Shown: piece after piece, positions 36,569-49,342 of the stretch | Layout of the letters: the number at the start of each line of letters is the position of its first letter | How positions within the stretch are numbered: position 1 is the stretch's first letter | The notes under the pieces: generated by a model | The model's input: only the letters and a program-made list of their open reading frames with translations | What the model was told of the DNA's origin: nothing | Databases searched by the model: none | Made by a program: the position numbers and the translations under genes | Assembly: GCA_020137815.1 (NCBI GenBank) | Contig: CM035357.1 | Location: forward strand, 3,596,001 to 3,660,000 | Direction: 5' to 3' | From: Hormiphora californensis | Lineage: Eukaryota; Animalia; Ctenophora | Length of the DNA: 64,000 nt

Positions 36569-39500
36569 ATGAGCCAAGAGGACCTAAAGCTATCACAGTT
36601 ATCAGAGGGTGCACTTCAAGTACTCTACAATGATATGTAAGCAATTCCCGCTGTTAATTTTATACTCCCTACTGGGTTTGTGGACCTTTTTGCTTGACAA
36701 CAATCAAAATAATTAACCACCCCCCCTCCTCCTCCTCAGGATGCTGTTTAACCACCCCCCCATCCCTCTTCTCAGGATGCCGTTAACCCCCCCCCCCATC
36801 CCTCTTCTCAGGATGCCGTTAACCCCCCCATCCCTCTTCTCAGGATGCCGTTAACCCCCATCCCTCTTCTCAGGATGCCGTTAACCCCCCATCCCTCTTC
36901 TCAGGATGCCGTTAACCCCCCATCCCTCTCCTCAGGATGCCGTTAACCCCCCATCCCTCTCCTCCTCAGGATGCCGTTAACCCCCATCCCTCTTCTCAGG
37001 ATGCCGTTAACCCCCCATCCCTCTTCTCAGGATGCCGTTAACCCCCCATCCCTCTTCTCAGGATGCCGTTAACACCCATCCCTCTTCTCAGGATGCCGTT
37101 AACCCCCCATCCCTCTTCTCAGGATGCCGTTAACCCCCCATCCCTCTTCTCAGGATGCCGTTAACCCCCCATCCCTCTCCTCAGGATGCCGTTAACCCCC
37201 CCTTTCTCAGGATGCCGTTTACCACTGCACTGCTATCCTCCCCAACCGGAGTCCCTCTCTACACCCCAGCTTCCTCATCCTCCCATCTTGGTGGAGCCAC
37301 CATTCAGAGTGCCCTTGCTGGCGCTATACCCGGACCATCCACTGTTGAACCAATCGTCAAGATAGAATACGATTTGGCTTTGTAAGTACATTATTTTCTC
37401 TCTCTTTCTATATTTTCTCTCTCAATCAATAAAAGCCTTCTAAACAATACAAGCCCAAAACACGTCCTTTGTTGAGAAATCTCTTTCTCCTACGTTGTAC
37501 TTATCTGATATCTCTATCTATCTCGACATCCCCTCTCGGCTCTCTCACAGCAATTTTTCACCCCATCTAAGGGGAAACTCTAACTGAATGGCATCCCATT
37601 AATGGCATCCCATCAACAGTAAAACTCTCCCGGTGTCCCGATTTTTTTTTCACGCCTGGAATTTTCATTTTGGGGGCTCGTTTTGCTGCAAGAATTTTAC
37701 TGTTTGCTGCAGTCATGGATAGGGATTTTCCAAATTTTCCCTATAAGATTGGAATTTTTCCTGGAATATTCCCCTACTGCAGTCCCCTGCAGTCCCTATA
37801 ATATTGGAATATTCCCCTACTGCAGTCCCTATAAGATTGGAATATTCCCCTACTGCAGTCCCTATAAGATTGGAATATTCCCTGGAATATTCCCCTACTG
37901 CAGTCCCCTGCAGTCCCTATAAGATTGGAATATTCCCTGGAATATCCCCTACTGCAGTTCCTGCAGTTCACAGTTATCAAAATTCCTTGAAAATTCTCTC
38001 TGCAGTCCCTGCTGCAGTGCTGCAGAGATAGAATATTCCAAGAAAATTCCACTGCTGCAGTCCCTGCAGCACTGCAGCAGGGACTGCAGAGATGGAAAAT
38101 TCCAAGAAAATTCCACTGCTGAGACTGCAACAGTGACAGTAACGATCTCACCCCTTTGTAAAGCTATGGGGAAAAAAGAGAGCTATATTAAAGTATGAAT
38201 CTCTCTTTTCTTTCCCCTTCCCCCTTACTTGACTGTTGTCGGTGCACTAGGCACAACTGGGGCATGCCCCAACATATTCTATCTCTCTGTTATAACAGAG
38301 AGATAGAATATGTTACACACTGCTGCAGCACTGCTCTGTGTGTAAGTATGGGAAATATCTTCTGCTGCAGTAGCAGCCGCTGCACTGCTGCAGTGCCCTA
38401 ATATTTTTTCATTTTGCTGCATAGATTTTGTTTTGCTGCAGAATTTTTGCATTTATCTTTCCTTCATATTCCAGAGATCGGGACACTGGGAAAACTCTAA
38501 CTGATAATGGACCACAGTGATGGTTCTTTCTCTGTATTCTCTCTGTGTGCCCAATACAATGTACTGCCTACAGAGAGAATACAGAGAAAGAACCATCACT
38601 GTGGTCCATTATCAGTTATAGTTTTACTGTTGATGGGAATTGGGATCCCATTAATGGGATGCCATTCAGTCAGAGTTTCCCCTAAAACACCCCATTCATT
38701 CAGATCCCAGTGGCCGGGTGAGTTCGGATTCAACCTGAAATTTGAGGAACTCCCGAAGTACAAGAAGAACTGGCCATGTTGTTTCTCATCATCCCGGGAC
38801 ATTGTGATTGTCAAGGATGGAATCCCCATACCCTTCACCTTCACCAGCACTTCTGCCATCTCTGGTCTACAGGTAAATATATACATATATATAATAGGGG
38901 GCGAGGGAAAGAATCTAAGCTACTTGGCTAATGAGATTTTTGAGCTTTGAGTGGTAAATTTGCACGATTTTTCCTGGTAAACCAGATTAACCAGCAATTT
39001 AGTAACTTAACTTAAACACAACGGTCACTGGATATAATAAAGCTTGCGTGACTATTATTATATCTAGCTGAGCTCAGTTAGTTCCCAATCGAACAGTTTT
39101 TGCACTTGTTATTTCGTTTCAGGTTCGGGTCCATGCAGTGTTTACCTCCCCTGAGTACTTTTCATCGCCAGTGAAGCCATGCAACAACCACAAGAGCACA
39201 GGTCATTAGTAAACTAGAAATCGAATTTTTAAATTATATATATCTCTGACAAAAGTTCTCGACAGCGATTGGGATTTATTCTGGATCTCGCAAACTTGAC
39301 ATGATTGTTTCACTTTATATCTCTAACACACACGCAACTCCAGAGACCCCAGAGTTCCTTATGTGCCCGAATGAGAAGAGTTTCCATGTTAGGGATGATT
39401 CGGGCCGGCACGGGATTGTCATCCCCCTGGATTCATGCCGAGGTAGGAAAAAAATTAATTATTAAATTAACTAATTAGGCAATTAGGTAGGGGCAATAGC

Positions 39501-40491
39501 GTTGGCTATATTTCCTTGTTCGACCCTCTCTCTGTAAAGAGAGTTAGAACATAGCAAAGCCACTGACCCACCCACTTACACTCCCCCCGTTCCATCAGAC
39601 GACACGAAAAGAGGAGTTGAGCTCCAGGAGATGTTAACCTTCAATTGTAGATCCAGTTGCACGGTAAAGGGACATGGTTCTGGGATCAATAACAGACATT
39701 TGTCCCTAGTCTTCACACTGGAGTGAGTAGTGTTGGGGTTGAATAATTTTGGGTTGAATAATTTAGTGGTTTGAATAGTTTTATCTTCTCTTCACTTTAA
39801 ATGAATTAAAGTGAGTAAGATGGACGAGGAGAGCGCTGTCGAAGGAGAGAATCTAATGAGAGGGAGAGAGAGAAATAGAGGCCTCTCTCTATATAATAGA
39901 GGGGATAGAAAGGGCCAAGGGGGGATGGTATAGTAGTAATACAAGAAAGAAACATAGTCTTACTGAGAGAGGACAGAAAGAGGGGAAGAGATGCCAGACT
40001 GGCTGACAACTAATTGAAGCTCATCACTTCCTTAAACTAATATATATATATATATATTTATCAGTACAATGTATACAGTTGTTATTGAAGTATAGTCAAT
40101 GTACTAATTATCTAATTAACATCACCACCCCCAGAACGAGTGATGCAGTGCCAGTAGGGCGGCGAGCGATCAACCTGAAGGTGTCAGTCAGCCCTGGCCG
40201 AGATATAACAACCCTCCTGAAGGATCGAAAGAGGAGCCGGTCCGAGGCGTCAACTGCAAGTGGAGCCGGGAGTCCTAGCCTTGGAGAGACGAATCAGGCG
40301 AAGAGAATGGCACTACCAGGTGTCTCAGATTACCATGTAATCGTAAGTTTGGGAGGATATAGTGCTCGATCATAATCGTTCTTCATTACTCATCTGTCTT
40401 CATTACTCTTCCATCTTTATATTTTGTAGATTTTTTCCCTGATTTTCTCTTTCTATTCTTTGTAATCTTTATCTCTAATCTCTCTCTCTCT

Positions 40492-40551
<60 letters not shown>

Positions 40552-41130
40552 CATTCCGATTGATTTGGCAGGTGAAATGTACCAAAAAGTACAGGAGATA
40601 CTTACAATCAGTGGCAAATGCCTGCGATGAGCGATACATGAAGAGCCCTCCTAACGACTGGAAAAGGTGACTTTGTAAATAAAAACTAACATTTTCTCAT
40701 TCTCAGTATTGCAAAACCAAAAGCGCGGCGAAGGTTGTTAACGCAGTCACCTCTGAGTTGGGATGCTCTGTTCAAGGGTGGGTTTTGTTTACTAACCATT
40801 AGCATTAAATATTCTATTCGCTCCGATATTTTCTGTCTCATTCTAACCTCAAATCTTTTCAGTGTGTTTGGGACTACCACTACCAGTCAAGAAAGCAATG
40901 CCACCCCTGAAAACGGATCTCAGCCTGACAACTATACCCTGGAAGGGTGGCTGGCCCGATACGGCCTGGATATGTATGTCGGGCAACTGGAAGCTGCCGG
41001 TTTTGGGACAAGCGAGTCGTTTAGCATTCTTTCAGACCAGGACCTAACCAATATGAGAATTTTTGACAAATGTCATCGGCTTACCCTCCTACATGCTTCT
41101 CAGAGGGTGCTCATGAGAAGGCTTGCTTAA
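36569..41130 (+). CDS. p53-family (p63/p73-like) transcription factor with C-terminal SAM domain, 426 aa, 9 coding exons
   Basis: Exons 36569-36636, 37211-37381, 38704-38872, 39123-39201, 39344-39442, 39599-39722, 40135-40342, 40572-40666 and 40863-41130 are all in phase. DBD motifs: WPGEFGFNLKF, VKPCNNH, RHGIVIP, FNCRSSC, VFTLE, VGRR..LKVSVSPGRD. SAM: TLEGWLARYGLDMY...LSDQDLTNMRI...HRLTLL. Confidence 0.9.
36717..37220 (+). repeat. Tandem array of polypyrimidine tract, splice acceptor and exon start, 16 copies, ~31-bp unit
   Basis: Unit CCCCATCCCTCTTCTCAG|GATGCCGTTAA. The last copy continues into the exon. Confidence 0.95.
37571..38682. mobile_element. Harbinger-like MITE (same family as 4858-5147) carrying a nested insertion
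   Basis: TAA TSD; GGGGAAACTCT...AGAGTTTCCCC. Confidence 0.85.
37629..38490. mobile_element. Non-autonomous DNA transposon with 8-bp TSD, CTGCAG-rich
   Basis: TIR CCC(G/A)GTGTCCCGAT; TSD AAAACTCT at 37621-37628 and 38491-38498. The 4858 copy shows the empty site. Confidence 0.85.
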
Positions 41131-42092
41131 ACTAACCCCCACTAACCCTTGCATGGACATTAATTGTTTATTTTGGCTGTTACTGAAGTCAAAGACACAT
41201 GTGTCTAACGAACTTAATTTGTTTTATTAATTGTAACAGTCAACTATGAATTATGTTTTTAATAATCCTGGTTGGTATGGTTGTAAACACCTTCAAAACA
41301 TTGAACCAGTTATTTTAACCACAGTTATTTTTTTAACATTATTACACCATGTATTTTAATTTATTCCGTTGACAATGCCAACATGTGTGGGCTATCTATG
41401 ACACTGTATTACATACTTATTTTATACATCAACAGTTTTTCAAGAAAAAACAACCACTGTGTTTTGATTTTGGCAGTCAAATCCTATCTCTCCCCCAATC
41501 GCACACTTCACACCTAATCAGTCTGTCGTGTGATTCTTTCTCACACCCCAGCCAGAACCAATCGTAACCTCTCCCAACTTCTTTTAGCGACCTAATGACA
41601 CCAGAATGTTGCTGGTGGAGTGGCTCGATGAAAATCATGACTAAGATAAGATTTCCACGGGGGATTTATGGAATTCAATTCTACATTCTTTGCAGTAGGA
41701 CAAGAGGAATAGCCCTACATGAACCCTATCAGTTATCACATATATGGGTAGTCATTGTTCATACTCTTAGGAGACTGGGACAGTCTGAACAAGTCCTGAA
41801 CAAGGTACCGAATAGCCGATATATTGTATCTTCAATTTCCCACGGTATATCGCCTCTTGTCTCTCAGCAGATCTGCAGCTCAACATCATAATCGAGAAGA
41901 CAGTGAACTGTGAAACTTTTCCGGATGGTCCCTCAGAATCTTCATTGGCCCCTCGGTGGATTAGATCATCACAGCAGAATCCGCGGGTACCCTCTTGTGT
42001 CTGACTTGACGTAACGCGCGGCTGTTTCTCTGGTCTCCCGTGTGCGCTCTGCCCGCTGCATTTCTACGAAACCCTCTCGAACTCGCCCCGGC

Positions 42093-45000
42093 ATGTCCCG
42101 ATCTCTCTCGATCTCTCTCCCTACACACGGGTCGCCCCGGGTAACCACACCTTCACAACGCACACACAGACCAATCTGCACGTGCAGCTCAAATGACCGA
42201 ACACAAGCCGCCCCTTCTAGGGTCCTGCCATCCCAAAGATCACCTTACCCCGTGACAGCTTCGCACAGGCCCAGGGCCTGGGTCCACCCATTTTGGAACA
42301 TCGGAAACTATCCAACATTTCATCTGATCAATCGGAGCTGGATGATGATGTTGTTGGCGAAATGCCAGCTATTCACCCTCGTACCAGCGAGGATGAGAAT
42401 GTTGCAGCTGTTATGGTGAACCGGCATCTCCGTCAGAGCATCGCCCCCAAGCAAAGTATCGACTATCGGCCGAGTGAGGGGATGACAGGACCTGGTAATT
42501 CCCTTTTTCTCAACGTTCTACGATCTAAAAAGCAAGAAGTCAGCCGACTTAGGTAAGTACGTGTTGGCTAGCGCCTAGCTGTGTTTCGTGTAATACCTAC
42601 CACTATTTTGTTTTTAACCCTGAATTATCTCACAGGAAAGGTGGAAATAAAAAGTTTTCAACCTCCAAAATTGATATATTCCAGCCTACTGAGGATGACA
42701 CTAACGCGCTGGAGTTGCTGATTGAAAATGACCTGGTAGCCGTCGGTCCGGGTGAGAGATTATCAGATCTACATCACACCACCGCTCCAACTTCCAGAGC
42801 CATGAACAGCGTAGCAACGGTTGTCAAGAGAAACCAACAGCTAATGCAGGACATGCCTGCTATTTATGCTCTTCTCAAAAATGCCCACGCCGTTGGTAAG
42901 CTTGGAGTGAAGCCCGGTTTTAGGGCCGATTTTTGATTTCGTTCTACATATTTCCCCAAATCTGAAAACTAAAATTATATTAATTTTTCAGCGGTTGCAG
43001 CAGTGACACACCAAGCACGGGAGACCTCAGAAAACGAGTTGACAGCATACGAGCAAACTCTGTCCCATTATCTTGCTTTCCTACCTGACTTGTGTATAGT
43101 CAACACTTTGAGGTGAGAATGCAATGGGAGTTTAGGGAAAATAATTAAGTTTTCATCTTACTTATGTTTACATGGACATGGTTAGTTTAGAATTAACTCT
43201 TTCTGTTTTCAGGGATCGCAGTAAGTCCCTGGAACAAGTGGAAGGCGTGGCGATGTTTGCCGATGTCTCTGGTTTTACAGTCCTTTGTGCGGCCTACGGA
43301 ACGGTCAATATCTCCAAATTGAAGAACACCCTAAACCAAGTGATGGGTTCCATTGTGGAAGAGATTCTCTCGTGTGGGGGTGACATTGTCTCCTTCGCCG
43401 GGGACGCCATCTTTGCAGGTGTTCCGGACCCATACGGCCGAGGAACGGGCGTCCATTCTGCCCAAGGTTGTTAGTTGTAGTATCCACATTCAAGATGCTG
43501 TAAACCTCGTCGTGGATAAGAATATCACTCTGAGAGTCAAGGTGGGGCTGGCTGTTGGACGGATGTTCTCATTTTATCTGGAAAGTCAATGTAGAACTCA
43601 CATTGCGGTGGTCGGACCCGCAGTAAAGGACGTCAACAAAGCGGAGGGGTGCTGTGTGGCAGGTCAAATAGTCTGCTCCCAACAATTCTATGACGAAATG
43701 CCCCACTGTTCCACCTACCCATCGCTACCGACCAAGAAAGATGGCTTCGTACAGCTCTGGCCACCTAAGAACAACGCCAAAAGTATGGCATTGGAGATCT
43801 TATCTCGGATTGAAAATGGCCACCACGCCACCTTGGACAGATGCAAAGTTGTTAAACGGATTGCTGATGATCTGGTTAAACAGGACCTGTTGAAGCGATA
43901 CATTCCTGATTACCTCCGGTATCAGCTGGAGGAGGGCCAGGGAACAAGTTGGGCCAGTCAGGTTCGATCCATCACCACCCTGTTCATTTCCCTGGTGTTC
44001 AAGGACACGGAGATGATATCGGGAGAGCACAACAACGTTCAAGATGCCCTCACATGTATTGATGAGATCGTGGAAAAGATGAATGGAGTCGTCAACAAGA
44101 TCTTCACGTTTGATAAGGGCTGTACAATTTTGGTTGCTTTTGGGACGCAAGGTTTTAAAATGAACGATGACCCCAGGAGGGCCCTCAAAACCGCTGCAAT
44201 GATTATGCCATCATTGGAGAACAACGTGTCTGATTTCAAGGGTGTGTCCATCGGGGTCACAACAGGTCTCTGTTTTGTGGGAGTTGTGGGGCATGAGGAT
44301 CGACACGAGTATACCGTGATTGGACACCAGGTCAACTTGGCATGCCGGATCATGTCCAACTATCCCTTCTGTGTGGCTTGTGACGAGAGCACTCGGAAAC
44401 TCTCCACCCTCCCTGACGACCATTTCTTCACTCTACCGCCCAAGGTTCTCAAAGGTGTCCCCCCTGGTGGACTGTATTTCCGGTATTCCGAATCAGGTGA
44501 AAACAGCCACGAGGAAACCCACGAAAAGGAGAGCAGCAGCAACAAAAAATCGTCTGAGAAGGTGATCAGAATGGTGGGCCGAGCTCGGGAAATGGATGCT
44601 CTGTACAACTGTATGGCGGTCGTGGAATCTCCCGATAATAGCCACCACAAGTTGTTTGGCAATATCATTGTGGTCGAGGGACAGGCTGGGTTTGGTAAGA
44701 CCAAGCTTCTGGAGCAGTTTGTTCTGATAGGAAAACACCGAAAATACCGAGTCACCTCAATACCCCTTGTCATTGACGAGATGACAACTCCCTTTTTCGC
44801 GGTTAAAATGATCATGCATCACATCTTGGAGCTGAACAAGCCGTCCAACCTGCGAAACAAAGAAGGCGTGATTGCGAGATATGTCCCTGAAGTACCTTCG
44901 TCCCGATATGTGTCTACTAAACGACCTCCTCGGGACACGATTTCCCCGGGATAGTGCTAAGGATTTCAGTTTTAAGCACCTTCACAAGCTCCTGAAAGTG

Positions 45001-48000
45001 ATTTTGAAGGAGATAGTCGGATCCCAATCATTCTTGTTTATCATCGACAATGCCGAGTACATGGACACTCAAAGTTGGGAGTTCATGGCAGATTTAGCGA
45101 CCCTAAAACGCCGAACTATCCTCTGTTTGTCCATGAGAATCCACGAACAGAAGGTATTGCTGATAAATCAGGAATATAATTCACTTTCAATCCTTGTTCT
45201 CTCTCTCTGATTGTCTTGATGATATTTAAAACTCTGTCCCGCAGGTACTCCCGAGCCGAAGCGAGTATTCTTGGAAACGCCCGAACCAAAAAGTTTGTCC
45301 TGGAGTCATTTTCAGTTGAGGAGATAGAGGAATTCTCGAAAGCTGTCCTGGACGTGAGGAAGGTTCCCTCCGAGCTCGTATCAGTGCTGTTTGATAAGAC
45401 CAGGGGCATCCCGCTGTATTGTGAGGGACTACTGAGAAAGATGCTGAAAGAACAGGTTATCAAAGTTGTCGATGATCTGGGACAGTTGAATAAGGGCAAC
45501 CAGCAACAAAGGAAGGGAACCGGGAAATTCTTTGGGTTCTGTAAGTTATATTCCTTGAAGTTGAAACCTTTCAAACTTGCTGTGAAACTCTATTTGAACT
45601 GTTCGTAGTGCCTCCACGAACGGTTCTAATGTCCATAACACAATCCTTTTTCCATTTTCTGAATGAGATCTGAGCAACACTTCTTTTTCCTCTCAGCCAC
45701 ATCTCGAACAAGTTTCTCTGCCCTCCGGAGAAGATCTGTCGATCTGACACGGAAAGGATCCGATAGTTCGACGAACTACGACGAATCGGGAGGGTGTTTG
45801 GGGTGTTTGAATCCTGCTCCAGGACTTCTTCAGACTATATCCTCTGATGAGAGACTACATACGAGTAGGGAGAGTGGGCTGGCAAGGATGTGCGTGCTAA
45901 ACGATAGTGTCAGTTTGAGTAAGGTGAGAATGGAACAATTTGTATCGAGCCCCAGTCCCCACCCCACCTTTTTTCTTGCGTACCCAGTAAACAAAGCGCA
46001 ACAAATCTGAGTGTGCAATGAATGTGTGATCAGTTTGATCCCTGGACCCTGATCTATCTACCTCTCTCACCCTCTCTTCTCCACTCCTAGGTAGCCCTAC
46101 CTGACAGTGTCAAGGAGCTCTTCCTGGCCCAATTCGACCGGCTGACAGTAACGGAACAAGTTACAATGAAATGCTGTGCTGTTCTTGGTTCCTACTTTAC
46201 CTTGTCCCTCTTGAAGAGTGTCCTTCCTCACCGGACACACCTTCAGGTAGACTTGGTTACCATGGTTACCATGGTTAACATTGTTACCACTTACCATATC
46301 GCAGTTAATTTGGTTACCATGGTTACCATATATTTCGGTTACCATAGTTACCATTATACTGGCTTTTTATCATTTACGGTTGACATTTGGCCCCAGTTAC
46401 CATGGCTACCACACATTGTTCAACCCCTGTTCACACCCTCTAGGTTGACAATTCGGTGCGTGTGATGGTAAAGGAGCAGTTGTTGGAGTGTGGCGCCAAC
46501 TCGGGCCTCGGTGCGGGGGCATGCCCGAACAGGAACTGTTTCAAGGCAACCGGACACACGGAGGATGGACCCATTTGTGAGGTAAAGAGTATAGACAACC
46601 ACCACGAGCCTAGCTCGACCCTCGATATAAGAAGCCCCCCCCCCCCCCCCCAGTCCCCACCCATCAATCAGACTCCCCCGAACCCGCACCCGATCATTCA
46701 TCCATTTCTGTTTCTTGCCTGTTGTTAGTAGGCGTAGTATGAGCTTACTAGTCTGACGCCTAAATCTTAATACCCATTCCTTCCATCACCGGTCCCCAGA
46801 ACATAACAAACTATTCCCGCAGGTTATCAAGTTCAGCACCCAGTTTAGCGGTGAAATCCTCCGTGATCTTCTCCTCCCAGAGCAGCGATTCCGAATCCAC
46901 GAGGCGGCTGCTCGGGTACTGCAATCAAGGATCTTGGGATATGAGTTCTGCTGTAAAAAGGAATTCTTTGGGAATGTTTTCAAAATCTCTGAACTTGGAC
47001 AAATTAGACGTGAGTGTAATTACTATTCCCAAAGCTTTAAGAACGCTCTCACAGTAGCTTTTGTCACTTTTTTGCCCTCTTCTTTCTTCCCCATCTTTGT
47101 TCCGATAACCCCGTCCTAACTAATACATCTCCCTCTCACAGCTGACGGTTGGCAGAGACCCAGGGACAACCCAGAGGCCCAGGGATGCCAGTGTCACCAC
47201 ATGTTCACCACAATTTACCCGCAGATCATTAGGCATTACAAGGAGGCGCATGCAAAACACAAGTACGTACAGGGTGTGATATTGTGTGTGATATACAGTG
47301 GTGGTGTGATATTTAATTGCTGGGGGTGTTTTAGTCTTTAGATTTAATTCCACTAACTCCACTCCCTCTCCCCACCAGTATATTTGAAGCACTCTGTTCC
47401 ACTCCCTCTCCCCACTAACCTACTCTCCTTCTCCCCAGTATATTTGAAGCACTCTGTTCCACTCCCTCTCCCCACTAACACACTCTCCCTCTCCCCACTA
47501 ACCCACCCCCTCTCCCCACTAACCCACTCCCTCTCCCCACTAACTCCACTCCCTCCCCACTAGTCTATTTGAAGCTCTCTGTTCGGCTGGCGCTCTCGGA
47601 ATGGCTCTCTCCTATAACTTTGAGTCCCTCACCTACCTAGAAGAGGCCCTGGCACTTACCAAGACCCGTGCCAAGTTGACAGATAGGCATAGAGCATGTT
47701 TGAGTAGTTTGCTCTGTCTCGCTCTCTACCTCTGTCCCACTCCTGCTACCACCCAGATGTACAGAGAGGCTGTCAGACTTGGAGGACACGCTCAGGTACC
47801 TTTTGGGTAGGGAGATATATTTCCATGTTTTTCAAACTTTTTTGGCATACTATTTCATTTTTCAACGATTTTGATTTGAAATGGACGCTTTTATTTCCAA
47901 ACTTCGGAAAAAATTCTGAGAATTCCAACCCCCCTAACACCAGGTTGTGTACAATGTATCGTGCCTGTCATATCTCTGTGGAAGCAAGAGAGATAGCCTG

Positions 48001-48001
48001 G
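42093..48001 (+). CDS. ADCY10: Soluble adenylyl cyclase-like protein (two class III cyclase domains plus STAND P-loop NTPase); 3' end uncertain; apparent +1 frameshifts
   Basis: AFLPDL, FADVSGFT, GGDIVSFAGDA, VNKIFTFDKG, RHEYTVIGHQVNLACRIM, Walker A GQAGFGKT, Walker B FIIDNAEYMD, TRGIPLYCEGLL, LPDSVKELFLAQFDRL. Exons start at 42093, 42221, 42636, 42992, 43213, 45245, ~45697, 46091, 46444, ~46823, 47141 and ~47564. Confidence 0.9.
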
Positions 48002-48527
48002 GTGAGTGACGTCACCATGTCACCATACTGCCAACCCGAGACAACTATGCCAGCTGTGAATCAACCGACAACCGACAAGTATAGTGACGGACAGACAAAG
48101 TCACAACCATCCTTTGTGTACCGTGTACACGTCTTTTATTATGTACACTGTGTGTACAATGTTGTATTGAATTTTATCTTTTCATCTTTTCATCTCACAA
48201 AGAAATAACCAACAATTTGAATTGTGAAATCAAATCAAAATTGAGTTCGTTAATCGAAGATGGCATAGTTTAGTCACGTATTTGGAAGATTGAGAAGTAA
48301 CGGTACCGCAATAGAATACAGCACAATGTAAAGAATTAAATGTAAAGAATTAAAAAGCACACAAACTAAAATAGTCTCCAGATTGAGTCGTGAAGCAACA
48401 AAATATATTGTCTTGATGACTCTTTCAACAATAAACAGCAGGAGCACACACGATAAACTCTCAGCAATACCAATTAATTAACTAACTAATTAATGACAGC
48501 GGACAGCGGTAGTTGTATCTTCTAAAT

Positions 48528-49342
48528 CTATTCGTCTAATATTGATGATGCGAGTAGAGCCAGGATCAGGATTAAGAAGGATGAGGATGACATCATTGGG
48601 GTTGAGTTGTACGGGTTACAGTAGTTATTACCACACTCCGTACAGTTGGTTGTCTGAAGGTAGAAAGAGGAGGGTTATATAAAGCACACAACATTGATGG
48701 CCTGGTATTTGTTTGTCAAAACGTAACAATTACAAAACAGAATGAAATAAAACCTCACTGGTTTAAAATACAAAACCCTTACCAGCGCTGAAACATTGTA
48801 AGGAGCGGGTTCCCCCTGTATTACTTACCAGCGCTGAAACATTGTAAGGTGCAGGTTCCCCCTCCGCTGAACAGTTTCCACAGGTATAGTATATCTTCTC
48901 GTAGTTAGCTACTTTCCACACAAACCTGTGTAATTGGGTATGTGGTTTTATAGTTGAATATGTGGTAGTTGTGGGCAGTACGTGGTGCGAGATCAGAGAC
49001 AGAGACAGAGGACACAATTATAGGTAGTGGGAGGAAATTTTAGTATGTGAGTTGGTTTGAGGATATGCTCGAGATAGATCAAGGCACTCCTGCTACTTAT
49101 ACTGTTAAGCCCCTTTTGAGGTCAGACTGTCATTGCTTTAGTATCGCTGGTAAGGCATCAGGGGGTGTTGCTTACGTTTTACATGAAGTCTGATTAGATT
49201 GGGGCCAGAATACAGCACAGTCTGTTTTAATTGTTAACCCCTCATCTCTCTCTAACACATCATTCCACGTGATCTCCCCCACGTTACACTGTAGAGCACA
49301 TATAGCGCTGACTAGCGCTCCCGCTAGCAATGCCGTCAACAT
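48528..49342 (-). CDS. Secreted/GPI-anchored Ly6/uPAR (three-finger)-like protein, 129 aa
   Basis: Exons 49342-49176, 48925-48829 and 48653-48528 are in phase. Signal peptide MLTALLAGALVSAICA, then LQC, 8 mature Cys ending CTECGNNYCN, then a Ser-rich spacer and hydrophobic tail FLILILALLA. Confidence 0.75.

Noticed and set aside
43172-45210. Programmed frameshifting or three separate genes in the sAC region
   Set aside because: Homology is continuous across single-base insertions with no slippery-site signature; assembly error is more likely.
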